A DNA stretch of 64,000 nucleotides from a virus (lineage: Duplodnaviria; Caudoviricetes), in IMG/VR virus record IMGVR_UViG_3300035180_001680. One strand, written 5' to 3'. The notes beneath the pieces are model-generated. The model saw nothing but the letters and a program-made list of their open reading frames with translations. It was not told the origin of the DNA and did no database searches. A program made the position numbers and the translations under genes. This document shows, one piece after another, positions 38,920 through 48,720 of the stretch. Numbering within the stretch: the first letter of the stretch is position 1; each line of letters opens with the position of its first letter.

Positions 38920-41064
38920 TTAATCTCCGTTAATAAATTGTATGAAATCATTATCAAAATTCTCATTTATCATTTGTTCAAAATCTAAATATTTTAATAT
39001 TGGGTATTTAATGATAATATTATCCCATAATTTTTGGTAAAAGTCTACTTTGGATTTTCCCACTTTATAAATATTTTCCTTTGAATCAGTTTTTGCTTGA
39101 ACTGTATTTCCCAACCGGCTCCAATAAGATATTGTATCATAGTTATATTGATGTTCTTGTGATAAAGATGTAAAGAATTCTTTTACATTTTCATCCTTTA
39201 TATCCACTGAAAACTGTTTGAAAGATTTTTGTTTTTCGACAAGACCAAGTCTTAAAAAGAGTTTGAGTAGGGGAAGTGACTGTGCCCTGAGTTGATCATA
39301 CACCATCTTGGTGTATATCATTTTTTTAGCACTTGGATCTTCACAAGATCGTTGGGCTAATTCGACTAAATTGACCCAATGTTTTTCTTTCTTGAGTTGT
39401 TTCAAAACTCTTGGCCCTACACCATAGACTGTTATGTTTGGTTTAATGAGGTTAAGGCGTGACATTAATTGCACTAGGTCATCAATGTTAGCTGTTGAAC
39501 CAGAATCTTTGATTGCAACACCAAACCTATCTAGTTCAACATAATACCCACCATCCTTTATATCAACAGAAACAGAATTCCACATGTCCCGTTTGGTAAC
39601 CCGCATTCTGCCATTCCGTTGATAACAATTTATCGTTCCTGGCTGATTAACAACTCTAACCTTCGTCGTTTGTGTGACAACGGGGAGCGGCAACTCATCA
39701 ACGTTTTTTATTGGAGGGTTTCCTAGTAAATCAATTAATTCATCATATGCTCGTTTTGCCTCGTCTGAATTCGAATCCAGAGAAATTAGATACAGTTCTC
39801 CTGGTTGTTTCTTTGCGTGTTCTTTAATTCGAATTCCCGCACCCTTTGAACTATTATTAAGAAAAAAGTGAGAATTGGAATATTCTCCGCGTACTTCATT
39901 TGATAAATATTTTCCAGTTCGGTGTCCTCGTCGGTTTGCAAACACTTTTATTGTAATATGTGTCGTTATAGTTAAAGATTGTTTAAAATTAAACTGAACA
40001 TCTAATGCTTTACCATTTTTCCATTTTAAGTTGTGGGGGAGAATGCTTCCAAACGAACGGAAAAGTGCAGTGAACTGTTTGCAGGCTTCCCAAAAGGTGG
40101 GTAGAGCGTCTAAATCTTTAACCATTTTGTCGACAATTTCATTTTGAGTTGAAACGAGAGTCTTTTTTAATTGTTCGCACGTGTAAGCATCATAAGAAAG
40201 TGCTTCACGTGACAATGCAACGTCTAGATTTCCACGTTCATTGTTATCATCAAACATATCAAAATAAAAATCTATTGGAGAATTTATCAGTGAGCTAACA
40301 CAGTCTGGAATATCTTGTTTGTATACTGAATTAAAATTAACTGGGTAAAAAACCCCACCTTGAATTACTCGTGGACCTCCAAATCGTTTTGTTCTCAATC
40401 CCCAGTTTGTTCCTCTTATAAGATATTCATGACTGTCGAACGCAACTCGTTCAGGTGCAAGTCCCTTTATGTTTGGTAAAGGAGTAAAATATTGTAATAC
40501 AGAAAAAACCTTGAGTTGAAATACATTAAAATCGTATTGTTTAATTGGAACGATTACTTCCAAACCAGAAGGTTCGTCGTTCGGTTCTTCGTTTATTAGA
40601 GCAAGAACCGGGATTCCTTCTTCGCCAATATAAGCAGTGTATGTTCGTTTAAATTGTTCGATTCGGGACACGATTGTAAAATTATCTGTATACGCAAACG
40701 GACTCTTCGCACCAACCCCAAAAGCTCCAATTTCTCTGTTGGATGAATTTTTAGTACTCTCCGAATATGTAGTATAGATGTCAAACATTTCCGTGTGAGT
40801 TAAACCTTTTCCATAATCACGAACAGAGAAGTGAGGATACATTTCATTCGGAACATGAATGTCAAAAGGAATATTTTCTTTTCCTGCTACTGTATGAGCA
40901 TCTTTTGCGTTACTTGCAAGCTCTCGTATTACAGCTCCTGTTTTATCGGCATATATTTTATCTGATAAAAGGTTAAACATTTTAGCGTCAGCTTTAATAG
41001 TAAAAGCTTTTTCAGTAAAATTGCCGCCACGTTCAACAGTTTTCTGAATTACTTCCTGTTTCAT
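38920..41064 (-). CDS. rIIA: rIIA-like protein (N-terminal GHKL ATPase)
   Basis: LSDKIY..VIRELASNAKD, DYGKG, GAFGVGAKSPFAY. Confidence 0.88.
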   Translation of the reverse strand: MKQEVIQKTVERGGNFTEKAFTIKADAKMFNLLSDKIYADKTGAVIRELASNAKDAHTVAGKENIPFDIHVPNEMYPHFSVRDYGKGLTHTEMFDIYTTYSESTKNSSNREIGAFGVGAKSPFAYTDNFTIVSRIEQFKRTYTAYIGEEGIPVLALINEEPNDEPSGLEVIVPIKQYDFNVFQLKVFSVLQYFTPLPNIKGLAPERVAFDSHEYLIRGTNWGLRTKRFGGPRVIQGGVFYPVNFNSVYKQDIPDCVSSLINSPIDFYFDMFDDNNERGNLDVALSREALSYDAYTCEQLKKTLVSTQNEIVDKMVKDLDALPTFWEACKQFTALFRSFGSILPHNLKWKNGKALDVQFNFKQSLTITTHITIKVFANRRGHRTGKYLSNEVRGEYSNSHFFLNNSSKGAGIRIKEHAKKQPGELYLISLDSNSDEAKRAYDELIDLLGNPPIKNVDELPLPVVTQTTKVRVVNQPGTINCYQRNGRMRVTKRDMWNSVSVDIKDGGYYVELDRFGVAIKDSGSTANIDDLVQLMSRLNLIKPNITVYGVGPRVLKQLKKEKHWVNLVELAQRSCEDPSAKKMIYTKMVYDQLRAQSLPLLKLFLRLGLVEKQKSFKQFSVDIKDENVKEFFTSLSQEHQYNYDTISYWSRLGNTVQAKTDSKENIYKVGKSKVDFYQKLWDNIIIKYPILKYLDFEQMINENFDNDFIQFINGD

Positions 41065-41227
41065 TTATTCTCCAATTCTTTAAGTTCTTTATCTTTCAAC
41101 CTTTTGTAGTCAACCTTTTATAGTCAAGCACAACATCTATAGGTAAAGCGTAATATCGTTCTTTGTAGATAATACAACCCCTACCCATTCTCGTTTTTTT
41201 TCGTAATAAAGTCAACTTTTATGTCGT

Positions 41228-41641
41228 TCACACCATTCTCCCAAAAGTAATATGCATATTGTTAATTGGTTTGAATCCAAGTTCTTTTCTATAGTCGTTT
41301 AATTTTTTGCTACGAACAGGAAGTGCGAAGAATTTCCAATGTTGTTCAAATTCAACATTGTATTCGAACGTGATGATTTCACCAGCATGAGCTTTCCACG
41401 TGTTTCGAAATTCAGGCTTAACTGGATACCGTCCATCAAGAACTGTGACATGAGCTTTCCACGCTGGAAGTTGAAGTCGAAGCCCCCACATTCTTTCAAC
41501 CCACCAATTGTAATAATTTGCAATACGGGGGTCCGTTTCGACGATTAACCACCAATCATCGTTTTGGCGAGTTTTCCGAAGTTCTGGACGTTTTGGTTCA
41601 TATACAAGTTTCCCTGTTGCTTTAACCCAATTAGTCGTCAT
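41228..41641 (-). CDS. 2H phosphoesterase family protein
   Basis: Two HxT motifs: AHVTV and MHITF. Confidence 0.7.
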   Translation of the reverse strand: MTTNWVKATGKLVYEPKRPELRKTRQNDDWWLIVETDPRIANYYNWWVERMWGLRLQLPAWKAHVTVLDGRYPVKPEFRNTWKAHAGEIITFEYNVEFEQHWKFFALPVRSKKLNDYRKELGFKPINNMHITFGRMV

Positions 41642-41704
41642 GATGTAAACCCCAAATTTTATATCAAATATAATTATACATCATGAAGACATAAGGGTCA
41701 ACAA

Positions 41705-41917
41705 CTACATTACTAGTTTTTTTGGAAACTTCTTTTTTCGTAATTTTTCCACGACCGCCCAACATGTAATAGCTTGTTCTTCACTTACAGTTACATCATC
41801 AGGCCACAGACCAAATTCATCCATCGCATATAACGCTTCGGAGAGATCACCGACTAACTCGGGGTCATCTTGTTCAAAAAACTTTGATACTTGTTCTCGG
41901 TGTTCTTCATATTCCAT
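41705..41917 (-). CDS. Hypothetical protein
   Basis: Acidic ORF. Confidence 0.55.
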   Translation of the reverse strand: MEYEEHREQVSKFFEQDDPELVGDLSEALYAMDEFGLWPDDVTVSEEQAITCWAVVEKLRKKKFPKKLVM

Positions 41918-41918
41918 T

Positions 41919-42095
41919 TTATTTCCCTTCATCTAAATCAATACCGTCGTCAATTGAAACAGGTATTTGATATCTGTGGTAACAGATTGGACATTTAATG
42001 ATAACATTAATAGATTGTTCATCTGTTGTATACGTATTAACTGTTAAGTTATTGTTCCTAAAAACAAACGCAGCTCCACAATTAGGACATTTCAT
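41919..42095 (-). CDS. Small Zn-ribbon protein (58 aa, not in the ORF track)
   Basis: MKCPNC..KCPIC, translated by hand. Confidence 0.6.
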   Translation of the reverse strand: MKCPNCGAAFVFRNNNLTVNTYTTDEQSINVIIKCPICYHRYQIPVSIDDGIDLDEGK

Positions 42096-42139
42096 TTTAT
42101 TCGGTTAATACTAAATTTGTGTTTTTTTCATTATTCTTC

Positions 42140-42784
42140 CTAATCAATCCCAACGATTTTTTCAATTTCAACCCGAACGCGTTCGGCTGCGACACTGGTG
42201 TATGCTTCGTTGAACATTTCTCGACAAGCCTTTAAAGATTTCGGGTCTGGAGTAAATCCACGGCCAACAAATCTGTAAAAACGGATTACCCTCAAGTAGT
42301 CTTCTTTGATACGGTCTTTGGGTTTTCCAACAAAACGTAACGTTCTCGTTTTAATATCGTCCATTCCCATACCAGTTGGGTCAATAAGCTCCATCGTTTT
42401 GGTGTTAATGTATAATGCGTTTACGGTAAAATCGCGACGGTGAGCATCATCATCGATTGTTCCCAATTCAACTTCCGCGTGGCGACCATCACATACCACA
42501 TCTTTTCGGAAATTGCTGACTTCAACGGTATAACTACTGAAATGGACGTTAAGCACAAAGTGTGCGACACCAGTCAAAGACACTTCAAATCCACCGTCTT
42601 CAAACAGTTCGATTAACCGTTTCATTGGGATATCCGTAACGATGTCGTAATCATTTGGAGTTTTTTCCATCAACAAATCACGAGTCGCTCCCCCCACAAC
42701 GTAATTGTTGTCAGAAAATGCGTTTAGTACTGTAATAATTGGGAATAACTTAATTGGGCACGTTCTTTTAAAATCAATTTTCAT
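42140..42784 (-). CDS. cca: Class II tRNA nucleotidyltransferase (CCA-adding/poly(A) polymerase family), short form
   Basis: VVGGATRD..DYDI, RRDFTVNALY, EDYLRVIRFYRF, ERV. Confidence 0.85.
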   Translation of the reverse strand: MKIDFKRTCPIKLFPIITVLNAFSDNNYVVGGATRDLLMEKTPNDYDIVTDIPMKRLIELFEDGGFEVSLTGVAHFVLNVHFSSYTVEVSNFRKDVVCDGRHAEVELGTIDDDAHRRDFTVNALYINTKTMELIDPTGMGMDDIKTRTLRFVGKPKDRIKEDYLRVIRFYRFVGRGFTPDPKSLKACREMFNEAYTSVAAERVRVEIEKIVGID

Positions 42785-43100
42785 CAAAGATCCTTTTTGC
42801 AGCAAAATCCAGTGTTGATAATAAAACTGGTAATGTAGTATCAAGAACACGTATACCTTGTTGTAACCAGTGTAGTATCGTGTGTTGTTCGTAAGATGTT
42901 GTGGGTATTGGTTTAATTCGTTCTGTTAATAAAAGTTGTTGATCCATATCAAGAGACGCGTTAGTCTCTTTGAGAACACAACCAATAAAGGCCCGTGCTG
43001 CCCAAGGATGGGCTTCAACGATTGTTTCTACAAAACCGGGTGTGAACGTAAGAATTTTACGCCCTGGTGTTTTTGATTTTCGTAATGTGTGGGTTTTCAT
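42774..43100 (-). CDS. Hypothetical protein
   Basis: ORF. Confidence 0.5.
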   Translation of the reverse strand: MKTHTLRKSKTPGRKILTFTPGFVETIVEAHPWAARAFIGCVLKETNASLDMDQQLLLTERIKPIPTTSYEQHTILHWLQQGIRVLDTTLPVLLSTLDFAAKRIFDEN

Positions 43101-43158
43101 AAAGAGTATTATCATAGTTAATAATGCGATAATACCTTACCCCTCAAACGAAGAAATG

Positions 43159-43407
43159 TCAACTGCTAATTTGTATACCCTTATATTTTTGGAGGAGATA
43201 ATCGAAAGTGTCGTCAAACGCATATGAATATACCATAGAACTTGGAGCTTCAAAGTATCCCCATGCTTCACGAAGACCGTTTAACTCAACTGGACCAATA
43301 TATCGTGCCAGTTCATTGAACTTTCGTGATTTTGTCATATAATCGTCGTTGTTCTTGATAGACTCAATTAAGTCTGTGATTAAGTCTGTTAATAGGCGTG
43401 TGTTCAT
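43159..43407 (-). CDS. Hypothetical protein
   Basis: ORF. Confidence 0.5.
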   Translation of the reverse strand: MNTRLLTDLITDLIESIKNNDDYMTKSRKFNELARYIGPVELNGLREAWGYFEAPSSMVYSYAFDDTFDYLLQKYKGIQISS

Positions 43408-43455
43408 GTTTGCTTTGTTTGTCGTTGAATGTATTTACAAACAAAAAATGAACAG

Positions 43456-44241
43456 TTAACTATTCATTTTTTGTTCATGTTGTGCAATTTTCTTTTTGAT
43501 TATTTCGTGAGCAGGAGTTCCAGGCTTTGTTTTTGATAAAGCCGTTTTGTGAACTTCTAATTCCTTTTTGAGTCGTTCTTGTTCCGCCGCTCTTCTACTG
43601 TCTTGCATTTGTTTAATTACACGTTGTTCTACTTCTTCTCTTGATTCTTTCCGGCGTAGTGTTACTCTATCGTTCATATCAGACCAAGCACGGTATTCTG
43701 AATTTCGTTGTTCGATTAGCATAGATGATTGTAATTTCATAAATGTGTCTTCATTAGCTAATTGCATAGGCATTAACTGTATATATTCTTCGAAATTATT
43801 TGTCCGAATTGCTTCTCTTACATCTGTTGCGGATGTAATTCGGGGTGTTTGTTTTACTTGAATATTCAATCCTGTCTTTTTGTTACTCTCTTCAACAATT
43901 TCTCTATATCGCTTAATTCTGTCTTCACCAGCATAAATTGCACGAATTTGTTTTCCTTCGTTTTTTAAATGAAACAACATTCCATTTAAGTTAGCGTTCA
44001 TTACTTCGATTACAATTGCAGAAGGAAATACTTCATGTATTAACGATTTTTGTTGTTTAAACGATAATGGATTGTTAACTTTATCTTCTGAAGAGTTTTT
44101 GCCTTTAACAACTGCGATTATAGGATTCTTCATAGATTCAATTATAGAAGCGTGCCCTTTGTGGAACGGTTGGAATCGTCCCACAAATAAATCATATTCT
44201 TGTCCTTCTTCAATGAGATACTGTTTAAACGTCTTTGTCAT
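43456..44241 (-). CDS. Cytidylyl/adenylyltransferase (HxGH) protein
   Basis: FVGRFQPFHKGH, GEDR, ITSATDVR. Confidence 0.82.
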   Translation of the reverse strand: MTKTFKQYLIEEGQEYDLFVGRFQPFHKGHASIIESMKNPIIAVVKGKNSSEDKVNNPLSFKQQKSLIHEVFPSAIVIEVMNANLNGMLFHLKNEGKQIRAIYAGEDRIKRYREIVEESNKKTGLNIQVKQTPRITSATDVREAIRTNNFEEYIQLMPMQLANEDTFMKLQSSMLIEQRNSEYRAWSDMNDRVTLRRKESREEVEQRVIKQMQDSRRAAEQERLKKELEVHKTALSKTKPGTPAHEIIKKKIAQHEQKMNS

Positions 44242-45359
44242 TTCACTATTCCTTGTTCACGAAGCACTGAAACTATTCTATTAATAGTTTCTTTTCGCTC
44301 TTGTGTTAACCCTTGTTTTATATTTATTCTTTTCTTTTCTTTTTGTAAAAGATTGGCAAGAGTGATGTATAATTCTTCAGCCCACCAATGATAATTATTA
44401 ATTAATGGACCCATAAACAACGGAAGAAGTGAATACGTTATGTTAGAAAAACGTTGCTCTTTTTGAACTAACATAAATTGGTTAAGGTTTTTAAGTTCTT
44501 CACTGTGTATCATACACATTAACAATGTTAATCTTGATATAAAGTAAATGAAAGTGTCATCTGTGGTTTCGTCTAGTGAGAATGTGGTATGTTTTATATA
44601 TAGATCCACGTCCTCTTCTAAATGTTGAAATATAATATCCGTTAACAGTTTCTTAAAGTCACTCATTTCATTATATCGTTCTTCTTGTTTATCTGAAGTA
44701 AACAGTGGGTCCACAAGTTTTGCAGAACATTTATTGTTTTCAAAGTAAAATACAAGCCCCTCATATCCCCCTTCGTGTAACCAACTTAAGTGTTCTGGTG
44801 TTTTGAATATAGACATAATATATTCAATAAACTCTTTTCCGCCATATTTGTGTTTTCGTTCTTCTGCTGACGTTATAACAAATGATTTAATTTGTTTTTT
44901 CTGGTTTTCTGATAATTTTCCACTGAACAACACAGGAGGTTCAGAAATGTCTAATAGAGATGCAATACGTTTATTTTCAGGGTTAGTTGGTAATAGTGTA
45001 GAACCACTCTGATTAATATATGACAATATTAAGTTGTTTTTGGGTTTAGTTGAATATTGGACTTTAGTTTTTAGTTTTTCGTTAAACAATTCCAAATATA
45101 TTTCAGAATTATCTGGAATTTTGTTGGATAAAAGAGGCTCAATATGATGAATGCAATCTTCATAAATGTCCATCGTTGAACGTTTTATGTTATTAATTTC
45201 CCCACGACCTTCTCTTCCGTGGTAAGAAAATATTCCATCATTCTTCTTAATTACAAATGCACACTGGTCAATCTTCACGTTGATAACCACAGTATCATTC
45301 AAAAGATTATCCAAATAGGTGTCACCTTTTTTGGTATAAATGTCGTGTAAATGTTCCAC
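44238..45359 (-). CDS. Divergent ATP-dependent ligase-fold protein (RNA-ligase-like)
   Basis: VKIDQ (KxDG variant), IYLEL, PPVLFSG, EGLVF, KLVD. Confidence 0.5.
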   Translation of the reverse strand: MEHLHDIYTKKGDTYLDNLLNDTVVINVKIDQCAFVIKKNDGIFSYHGREGRGEINNIKRSTMDIYEDCIHHIEPLLSNKIPDNSEIYLELFNEKLKTKVQYSTKPKNNLILSYINQSGSTLLPTNPENKRIASLLDISEPPVLFSGKLSENQKKQIKSFVITSAEERKHKYGGKEFIEYIMSIFKTPEHLSWLHEGGYEGLVFYFENNKCSAKLVDPLFTSDKQEERYNEMSDFKKLLTDIIFQHLEEDVDLYIKHTTFSLDETTDDTFIYFISRLTLLMCMIHSEELKNLNQFMLVQKEQRFSNITYSLLPLFMGPLINNYHWWAEELYITLANLLQKEKKRINIKQGLTQERKETINRIVSVLREQGIVK

Positions 45360-45366
45360 TTTTAAT

Positions 45367-45936
45367 TTATATTTGATATGTTAATTTTGGTAATCCTTGA
45401 TGGGAAAAATCCACGTTTAGTAGGTTACAAGCCCGAGCGTGGTGTTCCAATGTCAAGCCAATCTCATACTGTATATAAAGTAGATGTGATTCAATATCAG
45501 GTATTAATATGGAAGCAGACGGACTTATTAAGTCAGGGTCATCATCAACGATGATGAAATTGTCAACATAATGAACATCCAACCAACGTTTTATTTCTTC
45601 AGTTCTCCCACCATCACCGGCTCTTGGTGTGTGCCAATTTTGGTGTAACTGAATTTTCAAATTGTTGTTTTTGAATGTCAGTTCAATTTGTTCTCGAGAC
45701 GCATAATGAAACCAGTTTGATGAAATAACTCCAACAACATCATTGTTCTCTGTCCACACGTTAAAGAAACTGACGGCAATTGGGTCAAATTTAACAATGT
45801 TGTGTAAATCCTTGTGTCCAAAGGGATGATTTCCAGATTTTCGGGATTCATTTAAAAGTTGAATATTTTCAGGTAGACACCAAGCTCTACGTGGAAGTAG
45901 TGGTCCGTCGATGTCTATAAATATGATTTGTGACAT
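45367..45936 (-). CDS. HAD phosphatase (RNA-repair HAD type)
   Basis: IFIDIDGPL, ISSNW, IIVDDD. Confidence 0.8.
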   Translation of the reverse strand: MSQIIFIDIDGPLLPRRAWCLPENIQLLNESRKSGNHPFGHKDLHNIVKFDPIAVSFFNVWTENNDVVGVISSNWFHYASREQIELTFKNNNLKIQLHQNWHTPRAGDGGRTEEIKRWLDVHYVDNFIIVDDDPDLISPSASILIPDIESHLLYIQYEIGLTLEHHARACNLLNVDFSHQGLPKLTYQI

Positions 45937-46224
45937 TTACGATTGAGCTTTCCTAATAGCTTTATCTTCAATCCATGTAACTTCTTTGCTGTTCAATTCT
46001 TTTTTCCAATTGAATTTTTTTGCGTGGTTGTTTTTATAAAAAGCGTCTGTAATGTGGACTTGATAATCTGTGGGACTATCACCAGTACCATAACCATCGG
46101 GGGTAATTGTTACTTCAAGTTCAAAAGTAATCTTATCGTTTTCATTTTCAGTTTCGTGGGTGTAATCAATTTCAACTGGTACAGTTTCTGCTCTGTTATT
46201 TTCAAAAAGTTGTTTTAGTTTCAT
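45937..46224 (-). CDS. Hypothetical late protein (MKLKQLFE N-terminus)
   Basis: ATAAATA and AAGGA upstream. Confidence 0.65.
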   Translation of the reverse strand: MKLKQLFENNRAETVPVEIDYTHETENENDKITFELEVTITPDGYGTGDSPTDYQVHITDAFYKNNHAKKFNWKKELNSKEVTWIEDKAIRKAQS

Positions 46225-46257
46225 GGTAGTTTCCTTTGTATGGATAATATATTTATC

Positions 46258-46506
46258 TTACCACGAATCGTAATCTGTGAGATCAATTTCTTCTCCAGTT
46301 ACTGCCTCTTGAACTTTCACAATTATCCCAAGACTGGTTGGAGTAAACTTGTAAGTTAACCCACCTCCAATCGCCCCATAATATGGAGCTCCTTTCATTG
46401 AAAGTCCAGGAGGTAGGTCTGATTGAGAGTTAAAAGCTTTTTCGTACACTTCATCCTGCCACACGTAAAGTCTTTCTAGTTGTTTTTGATCAAGCGCAAA
46501 CATCAT
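46258..46506 (-). CDS. Hypothetical protein
   Basis: YYGAIGGGLTY.FTPTSLG motif. Confidence 0.65.
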   Translation of the reverse strand: MMFALDQKQLERLYVWQDEVYEKAFNSQSDLPPGLSMKGAPYYGAIGGGLTYKFTPTSLGIIVKVQEAVTGEEIDLTDYDSW

Positions 46507-46724
46507 TCTTCATCCTCTTCGAACCAATTTGGGTGTAATTCTTTGAACACTTCTCGAACTAGTGGATTTTCCCAATAATTGCTGTCACTTTCACAGTCCC
46601 AATCCATATCTTCAAGTTCGCTAATTAAATGTCGTAAAAACTGTTTTTTGTCTGTAACAGGATTTTCACCTATTAAAATGTCACAAACCTTATCAAACAC
46701 GATTGTTCCGCCACACCACCCCAT
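46503..46724 (-). CDS. Hypothetical protein
   Basis: MGWCGG..DWDCE. Confidence 0.65.
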   Translation of the reverse strand: MGWCGGTIVFDKVCDILIGENPVTDKKQFLRHLISELEDMDWDCESDSNYWENPLVREVFKELHPNWFEEDEE

Positions 46725-46739
46725 ATTAATTCTCCTTGT

Positions 46740-46928
46740 TCACCAATCGCTGTTAAGCAACTGTTTACTGATAAACACAGGAGAATTTAAAGAACATGAA
46801 TTTCTTGGGTCTTCTGTGTCTGTTGATATCACAGCTTGTATATCATCTTCACCAATTTCTGTTCCTCGAGTTTTGTCGGAAGTCGTAACATATCCTGAAA
46901 AATAGAAAAGGTATTTTGGTTGTTTCAT
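46740..46928 (-). CDS. Hypothetical protein
   Basis: TAGATG coupling to the upstream ORF. Confidence 0.45.
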   Translation of the reverse strand: MKQPKYLFYFSGYVTTSDKTRGTEIGEDDIQAVISTDTEDPRNSCSLNSPVFISKQLLNSDW

Positions 46929-47102
46929 CTATACACATCCTGTTGGTTTTGGTGTTCCAGCATATCTTCCAGCTTGTTTCGCTGGACCAAAAGGGAACAA
47001 ATCAAACAAAAATTTCTTCTCTCCCCACTCATCTCCAATTAAGGCTCCGTACAACCCACCCAGTATCTTATCAGATTGATTAAACCATTCTTCTCGTATC
47101 AA
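46929..47102 (-). CDS. Truncated TusE/DsrC-family sulfur carrier (57 aa from TTG, or a frameshifted remnant)
   Basis: Hand translation ends FLFDLFPFGPAKQAGRYAGTPKPTGCV*, the DsrC/TusE C-terminal signature. Confidence 0.75.
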   Translation of the reverse strand: MIREEWFNQSDKILGGLYGALIGDEWGEKKFLFDLFPFGPAKQAGRYAGTPKPTGCV

Positions 47103-47178
47103 TTTAACATCCTCTCGTGAATATTACTAACATTTAACATTCCTTACATATAAATTATTTTGTTACAATTCAATAAAT

Positions 47179-47207
47179 ATTATACACTATTTAAACATTA
47201 AAGTCAA
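47179..47207 (-). promoter_or_regulatory. Sigma70 promoter
   Basis: TTGACT-N17-TATAAT on the minus strand. Confidence 0.8.
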
Positions 47208-47210
47208 CTT

Positions 47211-47783
47211 ATGAAGAAAACAGTTTTGGACACGACTGTCCACAGTTTATCATTAGCATTAAAGGAACGGGACATCGTTACAGGACTTCATTCTGAACGA
47301 GTGTGTGAACTTGCGAGATTATTAGCACAAGAACTTAAGATTACAAACAAGGATTTTCATGTTCTTAAAATGGGGGCATGTTTTCATGACATTGGAAAAA
47401 TAGGGATACCTGATAGTATTTTATTAAAAACATCTTCATTAACTGAAAAAGAGTGGGAGAAGATGAAAACCCATACAGTTATTGGTCAACAGATTGTCAA
47501 TGCTTTGGGTGTTGAAGGGTGTATTGAAGCAGGAACAATTGTTCGGCATCATCACGAATGGTTTAACGGGGAAGGATACCCCGACCAACTCGTTGGTAAG
47601 GATATCCCGCTAAATTCCCGAATTGTTAGTATAGTTGACGCATATGATGCTTTAGTATCTCATAGAACGTACCATTGTTCATTGACACACGAAGAAGCAA
47701 TTGAAACCTTAAAAACAGAAACTGGAACTAAATTCGATCCTGAAATAATGAAGGTGTTTTTATCAATTACAAAACCGTCTTAA
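47211..47783 (+). CDS. Stand-alone HD-GYP cyclic-dinucleotide phosphodiesterase
   Basis: HSERV, HDIGK, HHEWFNGEGYP, RIVSIVDAYDAL. Confidence 0.92.
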   Translation: MKKTVLDTTVHSLSLALKERDIVTGLHSERVCELARLLAQELKITNKDFHVLKMGACFHDIGKIGIPDSILLKTSSLTEKEWEKMKTHTVIGQQIVNALGVEGCIEAGTIVRHHHEWFNGEGYPDQLVGKDIPLNSRIVSIVDAYDALVSHRTYHCSLTHEEAIETLKTETGTKFDPEIMKVFLSITKPS

Positions 47784-47960
47784 TTACCATCCTCCTGAAG
47801 AACCGCCAACGTCAGTCAAATGACGCACTACTGGAATCCGAATCAAAAGAAGACCAACTACCAGAACTACAAAATTAGTTAGTAGTTGTTGATTTTTACC
47901 TATATCTCAAAATAGTTTCACTGCTGACCTTATAAACGATTAAAGGGTCAACAGATATTT

Positions 47961-48599
47961 TTAATCAGGTTTCCAAATAGGGTCAATTAGAACTAACTGG
48001 GGACCAACAGAAGTTAACCTTGCCATAATGTTTCCTGAATGTAAGTCTAAATCTGCTATAGTACCATACGTGCGTAAGAAATTAACAACTTCTTCAAATT
48101 GAGCATTGCGCTCAATTTTTTTGTTAACAATAGCATCATGATAATAATTAATCAATTGACTCGTTGCAAGACTTTTGGCAAACTGTTCACTCATTCCGAG
48201 TGCCTGAAGTTGGTGAGAAATAGCATCTTTAATTTTAGGAGAATTTAATGGTAATAATTTTTCCATGTCAACAACTCCTGTATTATCATAAACAGAATCT
48301 ATTCTGTTGATGTATATATCAAACTCTTTCCGATACAGACGAATTTTATAAATTCGAGGTAAAAAGGGGTTATTTTGGTGTTTTTGAATAAACCGCAGGA
48401 ATTGAAGATACCCATCTTCTTCTGTGTTAAAACCAAAGACTTTTGTTACCACTCCAGGCTTCTTTATTCTATCAACTACAACAGCCTGAAGGCCAGCTCC
48501 AAGGCGTTTTAATGAATCTGTGTCTGTGTAACCATTTCTAACTTTAACACTATCAGATTTTCGAAGAGCTTCTCCTCCGATAATTTCAAATAACTTCAT
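47961..48599 (-). CDS. Protein-kinase-like fold protein
   Basis: LGAGLQAVV..VTKV, LPRIY, DMEKL, DLHSGNIM, LIDP. Confidence 0.75.
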   Translation of the reverse strand: MKLFEIIGGEALRKSDSVKVRNGYTDTDSLKRLGAGLQAVVVDRIKKPGVVTKVFGFNTEEDGYLQFLRFIQKHQNNPFLPRIYKIRLYRKEFDIYINRIDSVYDNTGVVDMEKLLPLNSPKIKDAISHQLQALGMSEQFAKSLATSQLINYYHDAIVNKKIERNAQFEEVVNFLRTYGTIADLDLHSGNIMARLTSVGPQLVLIDPIWKPD

Positions 48600-48720
48600 A
48601 CAATACTCCGATTTTGAGTATTTATCAACCTCTCAACTAAGAAAACCCCAGATGCTTCTTAAAATATTATAGTTAGAATCGTTTTGATAGTCAACTACCT
48701 CGTTTCCTTGTTATATATGT

